The position numbers were made by a program, and so were the translations under genes. From the IMG/VR virus record IMGVR_UViG_3300028393_000024: a stretch of 64,000 nucleotides of DNA. The stretch is one strand, 5' to 3'. Of the stretch, positions 21,660 to 31,147 are shown one piece after another. Below the pieces are notes generated by a model. It was not told where the DNA came from, ran no database searches, and saw only the letters and a list, made by a program, of their open reading frames with translations. Source of the stretch: an uncultured virus (IMG/VR IMGVR_UViG_3300028393_000024) (lineage: Duplodnaviria; Heunggongvirae; Uroviricota; Caudoviricetes). Position 1 is the stretch's first letter. Every line of letters begins with the position of its first letter.

Positions 21660-23137
21660 TAACAGTTGAAAAAATTGATGAAGTGCATCTTCGTATCTTT
21701 GCTGACGATCCGTCCATAGAACAAGAACTGTCAGACTTCTTTACCTTTGAGTATCCAGGTGCTAGGTTTACTCCGCAGTACAGAGCAAGACTCTGGGATG
21801 GTAAAGTGCGGATGTACGATATTATACGCAAGACTCTTTATGTTGGTCTGATAAATTATGTCATAGATTTTTGTACTCGTAATGACTATGCGATAACTCT
21901 ACCAGCCGACTTAAGAAACAACGAAGGCATAACATCTGAACAAGTTTCAGAATTTGCTCAATGGCTAAATCCCCATGGTCATGGTAAACCAATCGAGATT
22001 CGTGATTATCAAATCGAAGCTGTTAAACATGCTCTCGATACAAAAAGAACCCTACTACTATCGCCAACCGCATCTGGTAAATCATTTATCATTTATACAA
22101 CAATGCGTTGGCATTTAGAGAATAGTCGCAAGTGTATTATTATTGTGCCAACTACCTCGCTGGTTGAGCAACTATACGCTGATTTTGAAGATTACTCTTC
22201 TGCCAATGGTTGGAAAACTAATCGTCATGTTCAGAAACTATACAGTGGTTTCACTAAAGATATAACAGGCGATGTGTTAATTACTACATGGCAGTCTGTT
22301 TACAAACAACATAAGCAATGGTTCAATCAGTTTGATGTTATCTTTGGTGATGAAGCGCATCAGTTTAAAGCAACCTCTCTTACAACAGTTATGGGTAAAC
22401 TTACTCATGTTAAATACCGTATCGGAACTACAGGAACTCTTGATAACAAGAAAGTTCATAAATTAGTTCTTGAGGGAATCTTTGGTCCAACTCATCGTGT
22501 AACAACTACAAAAGAATTAATGGATTCGGGAACGCTGGCCAAACTAAATATTACATGTATACTACTGAAGTATGATGATATAACTCGTCAGGGTAGAAAG
22601 AATAATCAATACGCTGATGAGATGGATTTTATTGTATCACACGAAAAGCGTAATAATTTTATCTGTAACCTTGCGTTGAAGTCTGAAGGCAACACCCTAG
22701 TCCTTTTCCAGTTTGTAAATAAACATGGTAAGATTTTGTTTGACATGATCAAAGATAAAGCGCATGACAAAAGAAAAATATTCTTCGTTTCTGGTGCCAC
22801 TGAAACAGAAGATAGAGAAGCAATTAGAAAGATTACAGAGAGCGAGCCTGATGCGATTATTGTTGCTTCTTTTGGTACTTTTAGTACTGGAATTAATATC
22901 CCATCATTGGAAAATGTAATCTTTGCATCGCCAAGCAAATCTAAGATCCGCAACCTACAAAGTATCGGTCGTGGGTTAAGATTAAAAAATGGTAAAACTG
23001 AGTGCAATCTATACGACTTAGCAGACGATTTAAGTTGGAAGTCTTGGAAAAATCATACACTGAATCACTTTGGTGAAAGACTTAAAACTTATTCCGAAGA
23101 AAAATTTAATTACAAGATTGTTGAGGTAAAATTATGA
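21656..23137 (+). CDS. uvsW: SF2 helicase UvsW
   Basis: SPTASGKS, DEAH, GTTGT, QSIGRGLR. Confidence 0.94.
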   Translation: MITVEKIDEVHLRIFADDPSIEQELSDFFTFEYPGARFTPQYRARLWDGKVRMYDIIRKTLYVGLINYVIDFCTRNDYAITLPADLRNNEGITSEQVSEFAQWLNPHGHGKPIEIRDYQIEAVKHALDTKRTLLLSPTASGKSFIIYTTMRWHLENSRKCIIIVPTTSLVEQLYADFEDYSSANGWKTNRHVQKLYSGFTKDITGDVLITTWQSVYKQHKQWFNQFDVIFGDEAHQFKATSLTTVMGKLTHVKYRIGTTGTLDNKKVHKLVLEGIFGPTHRVTTTKELMDSGTLAKLNITCILLKYDDITRQGRKNNQYADEMDFIVSHEKRNNFICNLALKSEGNTLVLFQFVNKHGKILFDMIKDKAHDKRKIFFVSGATETEDREAIRKITESEPDAIIVASFGTFSTGINIPSLENVIFASPSKSKIRNLQSIGRGLRLKNGKTECNLYDLADDLSWKSWKNHTLNHFGERLKTYSEEKFNYKIVEVKL

Positions 23138-23604
23138 ACGAAGAATTCGTTTATTTAAAATTGGTTACTGGTGAACAACTTATGGCATACAAAGAATCAG
23201 AAAACGAAACTACAGTTACTGTTAAGTTTCCTATGTTAATCAAAACTCATCTTGTTTCTACAAACAATGATCGTATTTCTGAACAAGTTACTGCTGGTCC
23301 ATACTCACTGTTTCTTGAATCGCCTGTTGTTCACTTAAACAAAACTCATATTGTTCTTGATTCTAAATTGCATGATCGTGCCATTGTTCACTATGTGCAT
23401 CTTGTAAGAAACCATGAGGGTGTGAATCTGGCACCGCAAGCCAAAGAACTTATTTGGGAAGATGATGAAGATCGTGCTGCTCTCGAGGAGATAGAGGATA
23501 TTCATAGTGCAATCGCACAGCTGAGAGCAATAGCAGGGGAGATAGAAGAGGAAGCCGAAGAAGGTAACAAAACCTTTGTTGAAGGTAACGAAACGCTACA
23601 TTAG
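23134..23604 (+). CDS. hypothetical protein (possibly Sm-like N-terminus)
   Basis: LKLVTGEQL start; overlaps the uvsW stop. Confidence 0.55.
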   Translation: MNEEFVYLKLVTGEQLMAYKESENETTVTVKFPMLIKTHLVSTNNDRISEQVTAGPYSLFLESPVVHLNKTHIVLDSKLHDRAIVHYVHLVRNHEGVNLAPQAKELIWEDDEDRAALEEIEDIHSAIAQLRAIAGEIEEEAEEGNKTFVEGNETLH

Positions 23605-23632
23605 TTATAACTTTTTCAAACCCTACATCGAG

Positions 23633-23661
23633 AGTATACGCTTTCGTCAAGCAAAAAGCAA
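23633..23661 (-). promoter_or_regulatory. leftward sigma70-type promoter
   Basis: Minus strand TTGCTT-17-TATACT. Confidence 0.45.
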
Positions 23662-23684
23662 ATTTATTTTCTTGTATTAAATAT

Positions 23685-23713
23685 TTGCTATTGTAATCAT
23701 TTTATAGTATACT
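23685..23713 (+). promoter_or_regulatory. sigma70-type promoter for gp55
   Basis: TTGCTA-17-TATACT. Confidence 0.6.
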
Positions 23714-23747
23714 TATCTGAGTTGAATAATTATGGAGATTTATTAGT

Positions 23748-24308
23748 ATGGCAACAAAAGCCAAAGGAACCCACTACGTCAGTAACGCTGACTTTCTTGA
23801 AGCAATGAAAGAGTATCGAATCAAGGTGCTCGTTGCCAAAGAAGCAGGACTGACTAGAAAAGACAAGGGTTGGCCAATGGTAACACCATACATTGGTGAA
23901 TGCCTATTAAAAATTGGAACCCATCTTTCCTACAAAGCAAATTTTATTAATTATAGTTATCGTGAAGATATGATTTTAGATGGTATACAAAACTGTCTAC
24001 AATATATCGATAACTTTGATCCCGAAAAATCTAGCAATCCCTTTGCGTACTTCACCCAAATTATCTACTATGCGTTCTTAAGAAGAATTGCCGAGGAGAA
24101 GAAACAAACATATATTAAGGGTAAGATGCTACAGGAAATGCCCTTTGAGATGTTTGAGTTACAAGATCAAGATGAAGGTGGAGAATTTCATAATGCGTAT
24201 GCTGAGTTTATGCAACAGAATAATACCTTTGATGATTTTATTGAACGCAAAAAAGAAAAGAAACGTAAAAAGAAAGAAGCAAGTTTAGATGATTTTGTGA
24301 GTGAGTAA
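23748..24308 (+). CDS. gp55: late-transcription sigma factor
   Basis: HYVSN, NFINYSYREDMI.DG, NPFAYFTQIIYYAFLRRI; C-terminal SLDDF. Confidence 0.94.
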   Translation: MATKAKGTHYVSNADFLEAMKEYRIKVLVAKEAGLTRKDKGWPMVTPYIGECLLKIGTHLSYKANFINYSYREDMILDGIQNCLQYIDNFDPEKSSNPFAYFTQIIYYAFLRRIAEEKKQTYIKGKMLQEMPFEMFELQDQDEGGEFHNAYAEFMQQNNTFDDFIERKKEKKRKKKEASLDDFVSE

Positions 24309-25480
24309 TGAAGCGTAGTAATAGTGAAGTTCATGATTGGTTAAAAGAATTGAGTAAAAGTATAAGACCATCTTTTCGTGGGTTGTCAAGAACAATTGTA
24401 AAAAAGAAAAGAACTAAGAAGTTTCTCAAAAAACATACTTGGGATGCAGCAGATAATATTTTAAATTTGAGTAAAATTAATATGGATAATGATAAAATCT
24501 TTTTGGGTGTTTCTGATGTTGAAGATCTAATCACAGCAGAAATTTTAAAGCGTCGTGCCGATGCAGGTGTTTCAACTGTGTTTCGTAATACCTCTGTGCT
24601 TTGTAATCGTGAGAAGTGGCAACACTGGGCAGAGAATCAATTTAAAGATTATCTTTTTGTTCAGTCTAACTCTTCAGATGGTTTCATTGTTGAAAAAGAA
24701 TCAAACAATCTTATTAAATTTTCAGTAAACAGTAACACAACTGACGTGCGTGCGTTTGGTGATGAGTCGTTTGTTGATGATATCGTTGAGATCGTTGAAG
24801 AAAATTTTGATCAAGTTACTTGTCACATCGAATGGGTATATGGTAGTGATGGTCAATCTGTTAACGTACCACTGAATCGCGATCGTCTTCCTTGTGATGA
24901 GATGTATCCATTCCTGAATGGTGAACCACTTAATGATTACTATGATCGTTACATGGAATCATCGGCAAATATTTTGTTGTTGATTGGACCTCCAGGAACT
25001 GGTAAGACTACCTTTATCCGTGGTCTGTTGGCTCATACCAACTCATCTGCGATTGTGTCCTACGATGGTGCGATCCTAGACAAAGATGGATTCTTTGCTC
25101 GCTTCATTGAATCTGATGACAATGTCATGGTGTTAGAAGATAGTGATGCTTTCTTGAAGCCACGCAGTGATGGTAACACAATGATGCATCGTTTCCTTAA
25201 TGTCGGTGATGGTCTTGTGACTACCAAAGGTAAGAAGATGATCTTTTCTACCAATCTACCTTCTATCTGTGACATTGATTCTGCTTTGACTCGTCCAGGA
25301 CGTTGCTTTGATATCGTTGAGTTCAAACCTTTGTCTTTGTTCGCTGCAAATAAATTGGCTGATAAACTTGGTGGTTCTGTACCAAAGCGCAACGCTGGTG
25401 AAGTTGTTGAGTTTTCAATTGCTGAAATCTTTAATACGCAAACAAATAAACCAACTAAACGAAAGGTGGGTTTCATTTGA
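24308..25480 (+). CDS. AAA+ ATPase
   Basis: GPPGTGKTT, VLEDSD, STN, DSALTRPGRCFD, C-terminal VGF. Confidence 0.85.
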   Translation: MKRSNSEVHDWLKELSKSIRPSFRGLSRTIVKKKRTKKFLKKHTWDAADNILNLSKINMDNDKIFLGVSDVEDLITAEILKRRADAGVSTVFRNTSVLCNREKWQHWAENQFKDYLFVQSNSSDGFIVEKESNNLIKFSVNSNTTDVRAFGDESFVDDIVEIVEENFDQVTCHIEWVYGSDGQSVNVPLNRDRLPCDEMYPFLNGEPLNDYYDRYMESSANILLLIGPPGTGKTTFIRGLLAHTNSSAIVSYDGAILDKDGFFARFIESDDNVMVLEDSDAFLKPRSDGNTMMHRFLNVGDGLVTTKGKKMIFSTNLPSICDIDSALTRPGRCFDIVEFKPLSLFAANKLADKLGGSVPKRNAGEVVEFSIAEIFNTQTNKPTKRKVGFI

Positions 25481-26532
25481 AAGTAGCAATTATTACAGAC
25501 CAGCACTTCGGTGCGAGAAATGATAGTGTTGCCTTTTTAGATTTTTATCAACAATTCTATGACAATACTTTCTTTCCTACTTTGGACGCATCTGATATTG
25601 ACAGCGTTCTTATTCTTGGTGACACTTTTGATAGACGCAAATATGTAAACTTCTATTCGCTTGATCGCTCAAAGAAGATGTTCTTTGATCAACTTGAAAA
25701 ACGAAATATCAAAGTTTACATGATCGCTGGTAATCATGACACTTACTTTAAGAATACCAATGAAGTCAATTCTCCAGAGTTGCTACTGGCTGAGTATACA
25801 AATATCGCTTTAATAAATAAGGCATCAGACATAGTCGTTCATGACACATCAGTATGTTTCGTGCCTTGGATATGTCCTGATAATTATGATGAAAGTTTAC
25901 AAGTAATTAATTCTAGCAAAGCAGAAGTTTGCATGGGGCACTTTGAAATTGCTGGGTTCGCAATGTATAGAGGAATGGAAAGTCATGAAGGTCTTTCTAA
26001 GGATTTGTTTAAAAAGTTTGATATGGTTTTCAGTGGTCACTACCATCATCGTAGCAATGATAGTCATATTTACTATCTGGGCAATCCATACGAACTTACA
26101 TGGCAAGACTTTAACGATCCCCGAGGATTTCACTTGTTCGATTTACAAACAAGAGAACTCGAATTCATCGGAAATCCTTATACGATGTTCGAACGAATTG
26201 AGTACGACGACTCCCTTGTTGATCCCTCAATCTCGTCATACAATAATCTAAAAAACAAATACGTAAAAGTTATAGTTGTTAACAAGAATGACTTATATAA
26301 ATTTGACAAATTCATCACTAAGGTTTATGATAGTAATCCATATGAAGTAAAGATAATTGAGAACTTCTCTGAGTATAGTGAAGGTGAAATTGATTCTGAC
26401 ATTAATCTAGAAGATACGCTTGATGTGTTATCGACTTATGTCGATTCAATTGAAACTGACTACGACAAAGAAAAGATTAAATCATTTATGAAATCTCTTT
26501 ATACGGAAGCAATAAACTTAGAGGTAGAATAA
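25477..26532 (+). CDS. gp47: recombination nuclease subunit (Mre11/SbcD-like)
   Basis: TDQHFG, LGDTFD, GNHD, GHF, SGHYH; TTG start. Confidence 0.94.
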   Translation: MKVAIITDQHFGARNDSVAFLDFYQQFYDNTFFPTLDASDIDSVLILGDTFDRRKYVNFYSLDRSKKMFFDQLEKRNIKVYMIAGNHDTYFKNTNEVNSPELLLAEYTNIALINKASDIVVHDTSVCFVPWICPDNYDESLQVINSSKAEVCMGHFEIAGFAMYRGMESHEGLSKDLFKKFDMVFSGHYHHRSNDSHIYYLGNPYELTWQDFNDPRGFHLFDLQTRELEFIGNPYTMFERIEYDDSLVDPSISSYNNLKNKYVKVIVVNKNDLYKFDKFITKVYDSNPYEVKIIENFSEYSEGEIDSDINLEDTLDVLSTYVDSIETDYDKEKIKSFMKSLYTEAINLEVE

Positions 26533-26858
26533 TGAAGCAACTTGAGATTAGTTATTTCTTTCCGCTTACGGAACAGATTGAACTTGACTTAGATTATACA
26601 CCAAGTCTTAAATGGATTGAAGAGTGGAGAGCCGAACAAGCAAGAACTTCTGTCACTGCTATGTCTGGTAGTTATCTTATCTCGAATGGTGGTACTAATG
26701 CTACTTGGACAACCTTGACAACTAATTGTAATCTTGGGAATCCATCCTTTACTATTAATGTTGATGCTATGCCAATTACTATTGTGTCTAAAAAGAAACC
26801 CAACTTTATAATAAGATTCATTTATAAGTCTATGGGTATGAAATGGAAGAGTGAATGA
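26532..26858 (+). CDS. hypothetical protein
   Basis: Start and stop overlap both neighbours; SD GAGG. Confidence 0.6.
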   Translation: MKQLEISYFFPLTEQIELDLDYTPSLKWIEEWRAEQARTSVTAMSGSYLISNGGTNATWTTLTTNCNLGNPSFTINVDAMPITIVSKKKPNFIIRFIYKSMGMKWKSE

Positions 26859-28567
26859 TTGTATTTAAAAAATTGTCATGGAAGAATTTTCTATCCACTG
26901 GCAATCAACCGAATACCCTGCTACTAAACAAATCAACAACTACCCTTATCATTGGAAAAAATGGTGAGGGTAAGTCCACTTGTTTGGATGCTTTGTGTTT
27001 TGGTTTGTTTGGAAAACCTTTTAGAAACATCAATAAGAATCAGATGATCAACTCTATCAACGGCAAGAACGCACTTGTTGAGATTGAGTTTTCCATTGGC
27101 AAAAAAGAATATAAAATTATTCGTGGTATCAAACCAAATATCTTTGAGATCTATCTTGATGGTGTCATGGTTAATCAAGATGCTGCATCTAAAGACTATC
27201 AAAAGATTCTTGAACAACAAATCCTTCGTCTAAACTACAAGACATTTACTCAGGTTGTTATTCTTGGGTCCGCATCGTTTGTTCCCTTTATGCAGTTGTC
27301 ATCTGCTCAGCGTAGGGAAGTTATTGAGGACATCTTAGACATTAAGATTTTCTCCACTATGAATTCGTTGCTCAAGGAGAAAGTAAGTGCAACTAAAGAT
27401 GAAATCACCAAGGTTGAATCGGATCTCAAACTCGCCAAAGAAAGGGTTGAGAATCAGCAAGCGATCATCAAAACTATTTCTGAAGCAAAGACTAGCGCCA
27501 TCGAAAGTATCAGAGCGAAAATTTCTTCTAACACTGCTGAGATTCTATCTAGTGAGAGCGAGATATCTACCATCTTGGAGGAGATCGATACTCTTAAAGC
27601 GAGCATCAATGACAAGGAAAATGTTACTGAAGATATCGACAAAGCAAAGTCATACAGAAGTAAATTTCTCCAACAAATCGAAACATGTGAGCATAACTCA
27701 GAATTCTTTAACGCACATGATGTTTGCCCTTCATGTAGACAAGGTATACCTGAGGAACATAAATCGAACATTGTCGAAGAACTTAATTCGCAGTTGGTGG
27801 AACAGAACAGAAAAGTTGGTGAACTCGAAACAGTTCTCTCCCGTCTTAATGAAAACCTACGTAAGATTACTGAAGTCCAATCGCAGATTACCGACAAGAA
27901 TATTGAATTATCGACTAAAAACTCTGCGATCTCCCTACTCAATAAACAAATAAAAGGTTTACAAGAGGAAATCGAAAGTACAAAAACTGATACAGCAAAT
28001 CTTGATGAAGAAAAAATTAAGTTAAAGGTATTGGCTCAAGAAGCATTGAGTAACATTAACAACAGAAAAGAGTTAGATTCTGTTAAAGAACTTCAGGAAG
28101 TTGCATCTGCTTTGTTGAGAGATACTGGTATCAAGACTGCGATTATTCGTGAGTATCTACCTGTGATGAACAAGTTGATCAACCAATATCTAAACCAGAT
28201 GGATTCTTACATTCACTTTGAGTTAGATGAATCGTTCAACGAAACAATCAAGTCTAGATTTCGTGATGAGTTTACCTATGCTTCTTTCTCTGAGGGTGAG
28301 AAGATGCGCATAGACTTGGCTATCTTGTTTACATGGCGCCAGATTGCAAAACTAAAGAACTCTGTCAACACAAACCTGCTTATGCTGGATGAAATCTTTG
28401 ACTCATCGCTGGATGTCAATGGGACTGACTACTTCTTAACCCTGATGAACACACTGGGCGAACATTCCAATGTGTTTGTGATCTCGCACAAGGGTGACCA
28501 GCTGTTTGACAAGTTTAGATCAGTCATAAAATTTGAAAAACGAAACGATTTCTCGGTCATTGTATAA
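26855..28567 (+). CDS. gp46: recombination ATPase subunit (Rad50/SbcC-like)
   Basis: GKNGEGKS, zinc hook CPSC, FSEGEK, LDEIFDSSLD, ISH. Confidence 0.95.
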   Translation: MIVFKKLSWKNFLSTGNQPNTLLLNKSTTTLIIGKNGEGKSTCLDALCFGLFGKPFRNINKNQMINSINGKNALVEIEFSIGKKEYKIIRGIKPNIFEIYLDGVMVNQDAASKDYQKILEQQILRLNYKTFTQVVILGSASFVPFMQLSSAQRREVIEDILDIKIFSTMNSLLKEKVSATKDEITKVESDLKLAKERVENQQAIIKTISEAKTSAIESIRAKISSNTAEILSSESEISTILEEIDTLKASINDKENVTEDIDKAKSYRSKFLQQIETCEHNSEFFNAHDVCPSCRQGIPEEHKSNIVEELNSQLVEQNRKVGELETVLSRLNENLRKITEVQSQITDKNIELSTKNSAISLLNKQIKGLQEEIESTKTDTANLDEEKIKLKVLAQEALSNINNRKELDSVKELQEVASALLRDTGIKTAIIREYLPVMNKLINQYLNQMDSYIHFELDESFNETIKSRFRDEFTYASFSEGEKMRIDLAILFTWRQIAKLKNSVNTNLLMLDEIFDSSLDVNGTDYFLTLMNTLGEHSNVFVISHKGDQLFDKFRSVIKFEKRNDFSVIV

Positions 28568-28588
28568 CCCTACAACCTGTAGGGGTAT
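28564..28588. promoter_or_regulatory. palindromic element, copy 1 (ATAACCCTAC-AACCT-GTAGGGGTAT)
   Basis: Inverted repeat that recurs at 30849 and 49974. Confidence 0.7.
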
Positions 28589-28625
28589 CCTGCAAGTCCC
28601 GCACAGCCTTGATTGCAAAAAGTGC

Positions 28626-28654
28626 TTGCTATTAATTAGGAAAAAGAGTATAAT
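28626..28654 (+). promoter_or_regulatory. sigma70-type early promoter
   Basis: TTGCTA-17-TATAAT. Confidence 0.7.
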
Positions 28655-28679
28655 TATTCTATAACTTGAGGAATAATTT

Positions 28680-30824
28680 ATGATGAATTCTAAAGACCTG
28701 CTGGCTAGACTCTTGGCAAACGAAAACTTGAATGTTATTCGAGCCAATGTTTCAACAGCATCATTTGAAAGTGTTACCAGAACATTGACCCTTCCGATGT
28801 GGAAAGATATGTCTGTTGACCAAGAGGAAATGCTTATCGGTCATGAAGTTGGCCATGCACTTTTCACTACCATTGAGCATGTTGAAAAGCCAGACTTCCG
28901 CACCATTCATGGTTATATGAATGTGGTTGAGGATGTTCGTATCGAAAAGAAAATCAAAAACATGTATCCTGGATTGCGCAAAGCATTCATCACTGGTTAC
29001 AAACAACTGAACGAAAAAGACTTCTTCGGTGTTCAAGGTCAGGATCTTTCCAAACTTCTACTGATCGATCGTATCAACTTATACTACAAGTGTGGTTTCA
29101 ACTGTGGTGTAAAATTTACACCAGCCGAAATGGAACTTGTCCGTCGTACTGACCAGTGCGACACAATGGATGATGTATATAATTTGGCTAGAGAAATTTA
29201 TGCCTTTTCTAAAGAAGATCGCGAAGCCAAACAGAAAGAACTCAAAAAACTTCGTGAGTCTAATGGTGAAGATCTTGAAGATCTAGAAGAAATTGAGTTC
29301 GACAATTTTATGGATGATCCTGATGACTTTGACAATGATTATGCCGAAGAAGTTGAACAGGAAGACAATGAAAATTCTAACAACAGAACTACTCAGTCAA
29401 CTCCTGACGCTGATACAGATACACCTGAGAAAGAACAGGAAGAACTAGAGTCCAAAACTCAGCGTGTGTTCAACGATCGCTTGTCTGAACTTGCCGACAC
29501 TACCACTGTGGTTCAATACTTTATTCCTAAGTTGGAAACATCTCGCGATGTTATCATTGACTTCAAGCGAGTACTCTCAGAATTGAAACCTGAGAAAATG
29601 AAGAAGTACCAACGAACCTATGACTATCATGGTCAAAAGGTTGGTGATGATTATGTAGCCAGCGATGCCGCATCCTTGCTTAAATTTAAGACTGAGTCTA
29701 TGCGTGTTGTGAACTATCTTGTAAAAGAGTTCGAGATGCGTAAGTCAGCAACTGAATACAAGCGTATCACTACTTCAAAATCAGGTGACCTCGATGTTCG
29801 TAAACTGTATGCTCATACCTTGACCGATGACATCTTTAAGAAACTTGATGTTGTTCCTGAGGACAAAAACCATGGCATGATTTTCTTGCTAGACTGGTCT
29901 GGTTCAATGTGTGATGTTATGCATGACACAATCAAACAAGTGATTAATCTTGCCATGTTCTGCCAACGAATTCAAATTCCGTATCAGGTATTTGCCTTTA
30001 CCTCTGGCTATGACAGTGTTTCTTGGGAACACCGATACTCTGATAATGCAAAAGTTGACCCAATGATGGGTGGCTTTTCTGACAGTAGTTTTCACCTGAT
30101 CGAGTTCTTCAACAATAAAATGTCTAACACTGAATTCAATCAGATGGTTGACTTGTTTTACAACCAACCATACAACTACCATAGAAGTTACAGTTTGAAC
30201 AGTACACCTTTGAATGAGTCACTGGTTTATCTTGTTGACTATATCGGTAAGTTTGTCAAGAACAACTCTGTTGAGAAAATGTCTTTGATTACTTTGACTG
30301 ATGGTGAAGGTCATTCGCTTCAAGCAGGTGGTGAGCGTAACATTCGTACTTCACGCTACAACAATGCATACGAGAAACAAAAGGTTAAGAACTATGTTCG
30401 CGATCCAATCACAAAGAAAGAATATTCCTTAGACGATAATGGATCTAACCAAACTCGTGTGTTCTTGCGAATCATCAAGGATCGTTACAACATTAAGACC
30501 ATTGGTTTCCATGTTGTTCAGAACAGTCGTCGTAGTATTGATGGATTTATTCGTCACAATATTCCTGACATGCACAATGGTCACTACCTCATGGTTGAAC
30601 AACTCCGCAAGGAAATCCGCCAGAATGACTACGCATTGGTGGAAAACACAGGTAGGGATGAGTTGTATCTGCTTCCAGCGTCCAAACAGAAGATTGAGGA
30701 GGGTGACCTCATAATCGACTCCAAAGACAATGCAAAGAACATAGCCAAGCAGTTCGGCAAATTCCTCGGTGTAAAGAAGTCCAGCCGAGTGGTTCTGAGC
30801 CGATTTGTGGGGCTGGTTGCCTAA
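28680..30824 (+). CDS. CobT-like protein: N-terminal HEXXH domain, acidic linker, vWA domain
   Basis: HEVGH...NVVEDVRIE; MIDAS DWSGS, TPL, LTDGE. Confidence 0.8.
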   Translation: MMNSKDLLARLLANENLNVIRANVSTASFESVTRTLTLPMWKDMSVDQEEMLIGHEVGHALFTTIEHVEKPDFRTIHGYMNVVEDVRIEKKIKNMYPGLRKAFITGYKQLNEKDFFGVQGQDLSKLLLIDRINLYYKCGFNCGVKFTPAEMELVRRTDQCDTMDDVYNLAREIYAFSKEDREAKQKELKKLRESNGEDLEDLEEIEFDNFMDDPDDFDNDYAEEVEQEDNENSNNRTTQSTPDADTDTPEKEQEELESKTQRVFNDRLSELADTTTVVQYFIPKLETSRDVIIDFKRVLSELKPEKMKKYQRTYDYHGQKVGDDYVASDAASLLKFKTESMRVVNYLVKEFEMRKSATEYKRITTSKSGDLDVRKLYAHTLTDDIFKKLDVVPEDKNHGMIFLLDWSGSMCDVMHDTIKQVINLAMFCQRIQIPYQVFAFTSGYDSVSWEHRYSDNAKVDPMMGGFSDSSFHLIEFFNNKMSNTEFNQMVDLFYNQPYNYHRSYSLNSTPLNESLVYLVDYIGKFVKNNSVEKMSLITLTDGEGHSLQAGGERNIRTSRYNNAYEKQKVKNYVRDPITKKEYSLDDNGSNQTRVFLRIIKDRYNIKTIGFHVVQNSRRSIDGFIRHNIPDMHNGHYLMVEQLRKEIRQNDYALVENTGRDELYLLPASKQKIEEGDLIIDSKDNAKNIAKQFGKFLGVKKSSRVVLSRFVGLVA

Positions 30825-30848
30825 GTCGTTGATTTTAAACCTTTTTTA

Positions 30849-30873
30849 TTACCCCTACATCCTGTAGGGTTAT
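30849..30873. promoter_or_regulatory. palindromic element, copy 2 (TTACCCCTAC-ATCCT-GTAGGGTTAT)
   Basis: Ends 11 nt upstream of a -35 box. Confidence 0.7.
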
Positions 30874-30884
30874 TCCGAAAGTGC

Positions 30885-30913
30885 TTGACATTAATTGCAA
30901 ATTCAGGTATAAT
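30885..30913 (+). promoter_or_regulatory. consensus sigma70 early promoter
   Basis: TTGACA-17-TATAAT. Confidence 0.85.
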
Positions 30914-30936
30914 TATATTATAGACTTAGAAAGGTG

Positions 30937-31098
30937 ATGACTATGTGGGATTGTTTTAATGATAATGATTTGTATAACCTTTGTTTCAGCTACGGCATCG
31001 AAGCAGAATGCGTTATGTTGGGAAGTCGATTAATCAACCGAGAAGAAGTTGAAGCTGTTCTTACAGCATTTGAGTACGATCTTGCATTTAATGCTTGA
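30937..31098 (+). CDS. small early hypothetical protein (~51-53 aa, not in ORF track)
   Basis: MTMWDCFNDNDLYNLCFSYGIEAECVMLGSRLINREEVEAVLTAFEYDLAFNA; SD AAGGTG; fills the gap between two promoters. Confidence 0.6.
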   Translation: MTMWDCFNDNDLYNLCFSYGIEAECVMLGSRLINREEVEAVLTAFEYDLAFNA

Positions 31099-31123
31099 CA
31101 TTAATTGTGAAATAGTGTATAAT
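31095..31123 (+). promoter_or_regulatory. consensus sigma70 early promoter
   Basis: TTGACA-17-TATAAT. Confidence 0.85.
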
Positions 31124-31147
31124 TGTTCTATATTATGAATGGAGTGA

